Source: a virus
Lineage: Duplodnaviria; Caudoviricetes
DNA: 41,153 nucleotides
Virus record (IMG/VR): IMGVR_UViG_3300026541_000015
Location: 1 to 41,153 of that record
Direction: 5' to 3' (one strand)
The notes under the pieces: model-generated
The model's input: only the letters and a program-made list of their open reading frames with translations
Told to the model about the DNA's origin: nothing
The model's database searches: none
Made by a program: the position numbers and the translations under genes
In this document: in pieces, positions 34,293 through 41,153 of the stretch
How the letters are laid out: each line of letters opens with the position of its first letter
How positions within the stretch are numbered: position 1 is the stretch's first letter

Positions 34293-36627
34293 CATGCGCA
34301 AGAAGGACAACAAGAAGCTCCTTGAGCGAGTGCGTGATCGCCATAAGATCATGACTCAGGCTGACTTTGATAACCGCAAATGGGGCATGGCCGATATACG
34401 ATTTGTGAACATTCCCGGAGCACAGTGGGAAAAGAACATGAAACAAGACAGGGGAGATCGTCCCTGTTACGAGTACAACAAGACCAAGATTCGTACTAAA
34501 CGAGTCGTTAATGACATTCGAGACAATAGACCTTCTGGAAAGGTCAGGGCAGTGGAGGGTGGCGATACTGAGATAGCCGAGATATACGAAGGTCTTATTC
34601 GTAATATCCTGAACGTAAGCCATGCTGACAATGCCACAGACTATGCCGCTGAATATCAAGTAGAGGGCGGTATGGGAAATTGGAGAGTGAATACCGCCTT
34701 TGCCAGTGCGGATGCGTTTGATCAGGACATTATCATTGAGGGTATTGAGAATCCCTACAATCTCTATGTAGACCCTATGGCAAAAGACTTTATGAAGCGT
34801 GACGCTAGGGATTGGATATTATCAGAGCGTATTTCTCACGATGAATTTGAGGATAAGTACGGCAAGGCCAATAAGGTTGATTTCGAAGGCGATAGACAGT
34901 TTGACCGGGATGACGATGACTGGATCGATGAAGAAACGGTCCGTGTAGCGGAATACTGGTACAAAGTCCCTACCACGAAAGAGCTTTGGCTGATTGAAAC
35001 GCCAGATCCTGCTGATCCTGAGCTTATAAAGACCTTGGTAGTGGATTCTGAGTCTGATGAGGCACTAGCGTTAAAGAAGCAAGGGTTCAAACCCAAACGA
35101 ACCCGTACTGTAGAAACCGACAAGATACAAATGGTCGTGGCCTCGGGCGAGAAGATTCTTGAAGGGCCGGTTGACTGGGCCGGGAGTATCTTTCCGTTCA
35201 TTATGGTGTACGGTGAATACAAGGTTATTGATGGCAAGAAGTATTGGTGGGGTTTGGTTAGAAATGCCAAGGACGCGCAAAGAAACTTTAACATCTCCAA
35301 GACCGCAATAGCCGAGGCGATTCATAGCGCTCCGAAGGCTTTTTCCTGGATGACGCCGAAACAAGATGAGGGTCTGCAAATCCTTAATTCCGAAGCCCAT
35401 AAGAAGAATTATCCGGTCAAGTACTACAACCCCGATCCGAAATCTCCCGGTCCTCCTATCAGGGTTGGTGGTCCTGACATGCCTGCGGCCCTCATGCAAC
35501 AGTCTGCGATAGACGATGCAGACTTAAAAGACGTTATGGGCGTTCCTGATGAGAGTGTGGGACAAGAGACGAATGCTTCTTCAGGACGAGCTATCTTTGC
35601 CCGCCAACAGCAAGGTGAGATATCCAACTTCAACTACAAGGACAATCATGCCAAAGGGCATGAGTTGATGTACGAGATTCTGATTGACCTTATTCCTAAA
35701 ATATATGACACAGAGAGAGAGCTTCGGGTATTGGGCTCGGATGGGAAAGAGTCTTATGAAAAGGTCAATGTGGTTCAGTTTGAGGCGGGAGAGGGAAAGT
35801 CTGTTCGGCTCAATGATCTTACTGTAGGTAAATACGATGTGGTGGTTAAAACAGGCCCGTCCTTTGCTACGCTAAGACAGGAAGCGGTTGAGATATATTC
35901 GAACATCGCGACGAATTTCCCTGAGATATGGGCCGTTGCCGGTGATTTGATTATGATGTCAATGGATCTTCCTTACGCGGATGACATAGCGGATCGATTG
36001 AAGACCATACTTCCGCCTGAAATACAACAGACGCTGAACCAAGACACGGAAGTTCCGCCAGAAGTTCAGCAGATGATGCAGCAGGCTCAAGCGGCTATGG
36101 CTCAAGTTCAGGAACACGGTCAGCTCGTACAAGAAGCCGCACAGGAGCTTGAGGGCGAGAAAGCCTTAAACGAGAAGCAAAAGGCCGAGATAAAAACAGA
36201 ACAGGCGAATGTAAAGACGGCCAAGGCGGAGTTTGATAAGCACGTGGCTGAGACGATGTTGAAACTCATTGAGGCTAAGACCGGTCTTGTCACGCAAGAT
36301 GCGGATCTGAAAGTCAAGGGAGCTGAGCTGAAGGAGGCCGTGGCTGAGTTTGGTCAAAAGGCGATGTCAGAGACGGTGGATACCGCCGGCGCGTTGGATT
36401 TCGTGACCAATCTCGATAAGACATTGGCTAATTTCATGTTAGCGATTGACCAGGCCAACCAAGTACAGGACAGAGTGATTGGGGAAATACAAGACAGAAC
36501 GCCTGTGGGTGGCACTGTTAAGCGCGAAGGTGGTAGAATCACTGCGGATGTACAGATGAGTGACGGCACGACTAAGAGCTTAAGTGCTGTCAGAGAGAAA
36601 GGAGGATTGAAGATAGTTCCTGAATAG
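34285..36627 (+). CDS. Portal protein, P22-like
   Basis: G.QW, RP...NK, VRVAEYW, GLVRNAKDAQR.FN, SGRAI.ARQQQG, GKYDVVVKTGPSFAT.RQEA; long Q-rich barrel tail. Confidence 0.95.
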   Translation: MPDMRKKDNKKLLERVRDRHKIMTQADFDNRKWGMADIRFVNIPGAQWEKNMKQDRGDRPCYEYNKTKIRTKRVVNDIRDNRPSGKVRAVEGGDTEIAEIYEGLIRNILNVSHADNATDYAAEYQVEGGMGNWRVNTAFASADAFDQDIIIEGIENPYNLYVDPMAKDFMKRDARDWILSERISHDEFEDKYGKANKVDFEGDRQFDRDDDDWIDEETVRVAEYWYKVPTTKELWLIETPDPADPELIKTLVVDSESDEALALKKQGFKPKRTRTVETDKIQMVVASGEKILEGPVDWAGSIFPFIMVYGEYKVIDGKKYWWGLVRNAKDAQRNFNISKTAIAEAIHSAPKAFSWMTPKQDEGLQILNSEAHKKNYPVKYYNPDPKSPGPPIRVGGPDMPAALMQQSAIDDADLKDVMGVPDESVGQETNASSGRAIFARQQQGEISNFNYKDNHAKGHELMYEILIDLIPKIYDTERELRVLGSDGKESYEKVNVVQFEAGEGKSVRLNDLTVGKYDVVVKTGPSFATLRQEAVEIYSNIATNFPEIWAVAGDLIMMSMDLPYADDIADRLKTILPPEIQQTLNQDTEVPPEVQQMMQQAQAAMAQVQEHGQLVQEAAQELEGEKALNEKQKAEIKTEQANVKTAKAEFDKHVAETMLKLIEAKTGLVTQDADLKVKGAELKEAVAEFGQKAMSETVDTAGALDFVTNLDKTLANFMLAIDQANQVQDRVIGEIQDRTPVGGTVKREGGRITADVQMSDGTTKSLSAVREKGGLKIVPE

Positions 36628-36722
36628 ACTGTTTTGATGGTGGTCGTCGATTATGCGCGACAAGCACGAGGCTCTTTTGCTTCAAGTCTACCGAACGGAG
36701 TGGGGCCACTTTCAAAGCAGTT
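36627..36722 (+). ncRNA. Candidate cloverleaf RNA element (related to 13803-13953)
   Basis: Closing stem ACTGTTTTGA-T-GGTGGTC/GGCCACT-T-TCAAAGCAGT enclosing three small hairpins. Confidence 0.55.
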
Positions 36723-36866
36723 ATACCTCGCTTAACGGCGAGTCCTGAGCATGATGATAAAAACTGCTCGTTTCATGGCTAACGGATAGCCAAAATATCC
36801 GGCTGAATCGTGAAGACGAACTTAGACGACCGCACTTAAAGCGGGCTTAATCGCGGAGGCGAACTC

Positions 36867-37700
36867 ATGTCAGAAGATAAGGTGTCTGAGGACACATCGG
36901 TTGAAAACGCAAGTCCTGAACCGGAGGCGGATGCTGAAACTCAGGAAAGCGAAGCAGAATCAACCCCTGCTGTCGAGCCAAACGACAAGGAAAAAAGCGA
37001 TTCGCAGAAGACAGGAGATGCTGTTAGTAAGCGAATTAAACAGCTAACAGACAAGGTACGATCTGGAAAGCAAGCGTCTGATTCGCAGATTTTTGAGTTA
37101 AGGCAAGAGAACGAACGCTTACAAGGTGAGCTGAAGTCTCGACCCAAGACTCAGGAACCGTTGAAGACACTTGAAGACTTTGATCACAACGAGGACAAGT
37201 TCAACGAGTATCAGGACAAACGAACCGTAGCAATTGCAACAGATGCAGCAAGCGAGGCGGTAAGTAAAGTCCAGACACAGATTGAATCGAGTCAGGTCGA
37301 GAGTAAGTTCAAAACCAGAGAGTCGGCGTTTGAGTCTAAGGTTGGTGATTATGTGGATGCTGTCTATGGAGACAAATCATGGGCTGCATCAGCAGAAATG
37401 GCAGATGAAATACGGTTAAGCGATATTGGCCCGGAAATAGCCTATCACTTAGCGAAAAACCCGGAGAAAGCTGCCGAGTTATCTGTTTTGTCACCGCGTG
37501 AGACTGTGAGACAAATGACGTTACTTGAGGCTGAGTTGAAGTCTGAAAAGTCCAAGAAAGGCAAGTCTGTTAGCAACGCACCGCCTCCACCCCCCAAGCT
37601 TCCATCGGGTGATGCTGGATTGGAAAAGAAAATTACTGATTCAGGTTTGTCAAATGCTGAGTTTGCCAAAATGAGGAGGAAACAGATCGCTAATCGCTAA
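36867..37700 (+). CDS. Scaffolding protein
   Basis: Acidic N-terminus, KRIKQLT, P...DF, GPEIAYHLAKNP, VSNAPPP; located between portal and coat. Confidence 0.88.
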   Translation: MSEDKVSEDTSVENASPEPEADAETQESEAESTPAVEPNDKEKSDSQKTGDAVSKRIKQLTDKVRSGKQASDSQIFELRQENERLQGELKSRPKTQEPLKTLEDFDHNEDKFNEYQDKRTVAIATDAASEAVSKVQTQIESSQVESKFKTRESAFESKVGDYVDAVYGDKSWAASAEMADEIRLSDIGPEIAYHLAKNPEKAAELSVLSPRETVRQMTLLEAELKSEKSKKGKSVSNAPPPPPKLPSGDAGLEKKITDSGLSNAEFAKMRRKQIANR

Positions 37701-37729
37701 GGGCTATGTCCCTTGGCAAAGGGACTAAC

Positions 37730-38983
37730 ATGGCTAATACACTTAGCGTTATTGATATGATCACAAGGGAGTTTCTTCGTATAGCACACGAAAAGCTCAC
37801 TTTCCTTGGGACCATTGATCGCAGTTACGATTCTTCGTACGCCAAAACGGGTGCAAAAATCGGTGACGAACTACGAGTAAGAAATGCAAACCAATATACC
37901 CGCCGTAAAGGTTCTCGGGTAATGGACGTTCAAGACCAGGACGAAAGCTCACAGACCGTTGTTGTTGCTATCCAAGACGGGGTGGACATGCGGTTTAACT
38001 CAGCCGAGTTAAGCCTTTCAATCGATGAGCTTTCAAGACGTTACATTGAGCCAGCCACATCGGTTCTTGTGGCTGGAATTGAAGGCGATGTCATGGATGG
38101 TGTGACGAAAGACGTTTACAACCTCACGGGTACTGCCGGAACGGTTGTGGGTGTTTCGGGTGACATTTCAGCGATCACCAATGCTCGCGCCAAGCTCAAT
38201 CAACAGCTCGCCCCCAAAGACTCGAACCGCAATATGCAGCTTGATTCTGTCACGATGGGATCGATTGTTAATGGCACTCAGGCGTTGTTCCACGATGGTA
38301 TGCAGATCAAAGAGGCTTTCCGTGAAGGCTTTATTGGTCGCAATGCAATGGCGACATTTTGGGAGAATGAAAAGACCTACGTTCACACCAACGGTGCCGA
38401 TGCCGATGTGATATGGGCAGTCGATGATACGACTCGATTGGCGGCCGGTGATGCGGACAGTAAGACGGCGGTTACGCAGTTGAACTTTGACGGGATGGGA
38501 ACGGTAGTACCTACAGTGGGTACGGTGTTCACCATTGACGCCATGTTCGATGTTCATCCAGAAACCAAGGTGGCTTACAGTCACTTGAAACAACTGGTGA
38601 TCACGGCGGTCGGTACGTTATCGGGTAACAATGCGGTTATCAGCTTCAGTCCAGGACTTTACGTTACGGGCGCGAAGCAAAACATCTCTACCTCTGATGG
38701 CACGTTCGCCATCCTTGAGGATGAGGCGACCATTCAGCACGGTGCTGCGTCAGCAGTTCTGCAACAGAATCTCATGTATCACAAGGATGCGTTTACGTTT
38801 GTAACCGCGGATCTTCCAATTATGGATGATTCCATTCGGTGTGTGACGCGGGTACAAGATGGTTTGAGCATTCGCTGCTGGCAGGGGTCTGATATCAGGA
38901 ACGATGAATTACTCCTGAGATTGGACATTCTTTATGGCTTTAAGACACTGCGACCTGAATGGGCTTGCAGAGTCTCTAACTAG
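37730..38983 (+). CDS. Major capsid protein, P22 coat-like (start revised to 37730)
   Basis: MANTL...DMITRE.L, GAKIGD.LRVR, F.SAELSLSID, HKDAF....ADL, RLDILYG...LRPEWACR. Confidence 0.95.
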   Translation: MANTLSVIDMITREFLRIAHEKLTFLGTIDRSYDSSYAKTGAKIGDELRVRNANQYTRRKGSRVMDVQDQDESSQTVVVAIQDGVDMRFNSAELSLSIDELSRRYIEPATSVLVAGIEGDVMDGVTKDVYNLTGTAGTVVGVSGDISAITNARAKLNQQLAPKDSNRNMQLDSVTMGSIVNGTQALFHDGMQIKEAFREGFIGRNAMATFWENEKTYVHTNGADADVIWAVDDTTRLAAGDADSKTAVTQLNFDGMGTVVPTVGTVFTIDAMFDVHPETKVAYSHLKQLVITAVGTLSGNNAVISFSPGLYVTGAKQNISTSDGTFAILEDEATIQHGAASAVLQQNLMYHKDAFTFVTADLPIMDDSIRCVTRVQDGLSIRCWQGSDIRNDELLLRLDILYGFKTLRPEWACRVSN

Positions 38984-38991
38984 GAGTTGAT

Positions 38992-39480
38992 ATGGCTATT
39001 CCAACAAATAGAGAACATCTCGACAATGGCTCTGACAGTGGTTGCCGTGTGCGCGGTCTTGCTCGTCAAGTCATTGATCCTGGAGGTACAGCACGTACTT
39101 TGAAGGTGGGTGAATCGAACGCGCTATGCCTTTTCAACACGGCTGCGGGTCAGGCTTATACCCTGCCTTTAGTCGGCGCTGATGATGTCGGCGTAACGTT
39201 TGAGTTCCAGGCCATTCTTACCGGCACAGGTACTTACTCTGTGGCAACGGATGCGGCGACGACCTTTATTGGTGGTGGGCTTGATTCGTCCTCTACGGCG
39301 GTCGCAGAAGGTGGTGATACATTTGCCGCTGATCAAACGGCTACCGTAGCGTTTACGGCAGACAGTGATGTAACCGGTCGTTTGAACGGAACCCGATTTA
39401 CCCTTACGGCAACGAGTTCAACCGTGTGGGCAATTGGTGGAACAATGATGGGTGTTGGTACTCTAGCAACCCCGTTCTAA
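38992..39480 (+). CDS. Capsid decoration/auxiliary protein (putative)
   Basis: Follows the coat gene before a terminator; G/T-rich beta protein ending ATPF. Confidence 0.55.
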   Translation: MAIPTNREHLDNGSDSGCRVRGLARQVIDPGGTARTLKVGESNALCLFNTAAGQAYTLPLVGADDVGVTFEFQAILTGTGTYSVATDAATTFIGGGLDSSSTAVAEGGDTFAADQTATVAFTADSDVTGRLNGTRFTLTATSSTVWAIGGTMMGVGTLATPF

Positions 39481-39487
39481 GCAATGT

Positions 39488-39512
39488 GGGGCCGTCTTCG
39501 GGCGGTCCCTTT
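39488..39512 (+). terminator. Hairpin with UUCG tetraloop; weak/attenuating terminator after capsid genes
   Basis: GGGCCGTC-TTCG-GGCGGTCC followed by CTTT. Confidence 0.65.
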
Positions 39513-39521
39513 GGAGTTTGC

Positions 39522-39935
39522 ATGACCACGAACCTTGTCATTATTGATGATGCATTAGGCGATATCGGTGTAATAGCTGATGATGAATCGGCTTCTGCCG
39601 AACAGGGTAAGTTTTGTCTACGGCGTTTGAATCAGATGATGGAGGCTCACAAAGAGGACGATATTTCTCTGGGCTGGTTTGCACAAACCGCCACCACCGC
39701 CCAGATTCCTATTCCCGACTGGGCGGAATTGGGTGTAGTGGGCATGCTTGCGTTAGCGATTGCACCACGGTACGGCGCCACGGCATCAGCGGAAGCTATT
39801 CGCAATGCGGATGAGTATGGCGGTAAGATATTGAGAAAGTCATTGTCTGAAAGCCTCACCGGTTTGGATATGAGTCACCTTCCAAGAGGCGCGGGAAACA
39901 GATACGGAAGACACAATATACTGACGGACAGCTAA
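39522..39935 (+). CDS. Head completion protein, P22 gp4-like (start revised to 39522)
   Basis: II.DALGDIGV, L.RLNQMM, LA..IAPRYG, LPRGAGN; GGAG RBS. Confidence 0.85.
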   Translation: MTTNLVIIDDALGDIGVIADDESASAEQGKFCLRRLNQMMEAHKEDDISLGWFAQTATTAQIPIPDWAELGVVGMLALAIAPRYGATASAEAIRNADEYGGKILRKSLSESLTGLDMSHLPRGAGNRYGRHNILTDS

Positions 39936-41153
39936 TGGCTTCAATCTCAATTCCGATCCAGTCTTATGAACTTAGAAGCACCCCCGCGAGTCCGTCAAGA
40001 CTGGTCAATTGCTTTCCCGAACTGCTCCCCCCCGATGCCAGAACCCCTGTATTACTCACTCGACCGCCTGGATTAACGGCTTGGACTACGGTAGGTGCCG
40101 GATCCATTGCCGGGATGCACGCTGCTTTAGGTCTTTTATTTGTCGTCTCAGGGAGTGAGTTGTACAAGGTCGATTCCAATAAAACCGTCACTTTACTAGG
40201 TAATATAGGTTCTCCAGGTAATATCGATATCGACAACAACACGATTGGTATTGCGGTAGTGAATGAGCCTGATTTATACACCTGGACGCAATCCACCAAT
40301 ACTTTTGCACAAGTCACAGATTCTGATTTTACCTCTCGGGGTGCGGGCGATGTTGAGTTTGTGGATAATTTTATGGTCTACAGAGAACCAAACTCAGGAC
40401 GGTTTTTCAGTGCTGATCTGGGTTCTCTCGATTCCTTTGACGCCCTTAATTTTGCCACGGCAGAAGCAAACCCCGATAATTTGAACGGCATGAAAGCCGA
40501 TCATCGGCAATTAATACTCACAGGACCGAAGTCGGTTGAAATCTATGAAAATACCGGTGTCAGTGGATTTCCCTTTGAGCGGGCTATTAATGGATATGTA
40601 GAACAGGGTTGTTTGAATGGCAGGACGTTAGCCAAACAGGATAATTCGGTGTTTTGGCTGGCGGACGATTACACGGTACGAAAACTAGACGGGGTGACTC
40701 CGATAAGAGTCTCTACCCATGCGATTGAACAAAAGCTGTTCGATATCACTATTTCTTCGGTAAAGGCGTATACCTACGCTCAGGACGGCCATTTGTTTTA
40801 TGTCCTAACCGCCCCAGAAGGGACGTATGTTTACGACGCCACTACAGGTCAGTGGCATGAAAGACAGACCTACGGGAAAGACTTCTGGCACCAACAACAT
40901 CACGCACAAGCCTTTGGGCTGGAGTTATTTGGGGACGCAACGAGTAATAAAATAGCCTTTGCCGATCCGACTTCGTTTGATGAGGGTGGGGATATTCAAC
41001 GCATGGAATGGACCTACCAGCCTGTCTATGCAGAAGGGCGCAGGGCGTTTCATAAACGACTTGAGGTTGTATTAGAAACTGGAGTAGGACTCACTGTAGG
41101 ACAAGGTTCCAATCCTGAAATGATGATGGACTATTCAGACGATGGCGGTTCTA
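39935..41153 (+). CDS. P22 gp10-like DNA stabilisation/tail hub protein (runs off the end, completes at 290; about 463 aa; absent from ORF track)
   Basis: MASISIPIQSYELRSTPASPSRLVNCFPE...RPPGL...; F.TAEANPD, RVSTHAIE, YDATTGQWHER; frame continues into 84..290. Confidence 0.88.
   Translation, partial: MASISIPIQSYELRSTPASPSRLVNCFPELLPPDARTPVLLTRPPGLTAWTTVGAGSIAGMHAALGLLFVVSGSELYKVDSNKTVTLLGNIGSPGNIDIDNNTIGIAVVNEPDLYTWTQSTNTFAQVTDSDFTSRGAGDVEFVDNFMVYREPNSGRFFSADLGSLDSFDALNFATAEANPDNLNGMKADHRQLILTGPKSVEIYENTGVSGFPFERAINGYVEQGCLNGRTLAKQDNSVFWLADDYTVRKLDGVTPIRVSTHAIEQKLFDITISSVKAYTYAQDGHLFYVLTAPEGTYVYDATTGQWHERQTYGKDFWHQQHHAQAFGLELFGDATSNKIAFADPTSFDEGGDIQRMEWTYQPVYAEGRRAFHKRLEVVLETGVGLTVGQGSNPEMMMDYSDDGGS
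41037..41153. repeat. Terminal direct repeat (copy of 1-117)
   Basis: Exact match to the window start. Confidence 0.95.

Noticed and set aside
1-41153. Alternative genetic code or stop-codon readthrough
   Set aside because: Core genes (terL, portal, coat, gp10-like) are full length under the standard code, and all three stop codons are used normally.

Overview
This window is an apparently complete, circularly permuted genome of a P22-like podovirus. It has about 41,036 bp of unique sequence, and bases 1-117 are repeated at 41037-41153. It has three transcription blocks. (1) A late/structural block starts near 25.1 kb and wraps through the window ends to about 12.2 kb. It contains a 9-gene module ahead of the terminase, then terS/terL, portal, scaffold, coat, gp4-, gp10- and gp26-like proteins, a 2OG-Fe(II) oxygenase-like plus GNAT pair, three ejection proteins, two receptor-binding proteins, a DUF5675 endolysin, a holin and several membrane proteins. 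(2) A leftward early operon of tiny genes (18313 to 12240) is headed by a Cro-like HTH that the ORF track misses. (3) A rightward early operon (18416-24889) encodes an Imm5-like Ala-repeat protein, Erf, a YqaJ exonuclease, a DNA methyltransferase, NinB and NinG. I could not recognise an integrase, CI repressor, helicase, primase, polymerase, SSB or Q. The most interesting signals are: two distant multi-hairpin RNA elements that share a homologous closing stem (13803-13953 minus strand, 36627-36722 plus strand); a candidate antisense sRNA; a 30-bp-phased palindromic site array between two promoters in front of the late operon; RBS/start-codon direct repeats flanking individual small genes; a 70-codon GCT/NAT repeat; and the uncharacterised FN3/beta-helix module upstream of the terminase. 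All family assignments come from motif recognition and gene order by eye, not from database searches.
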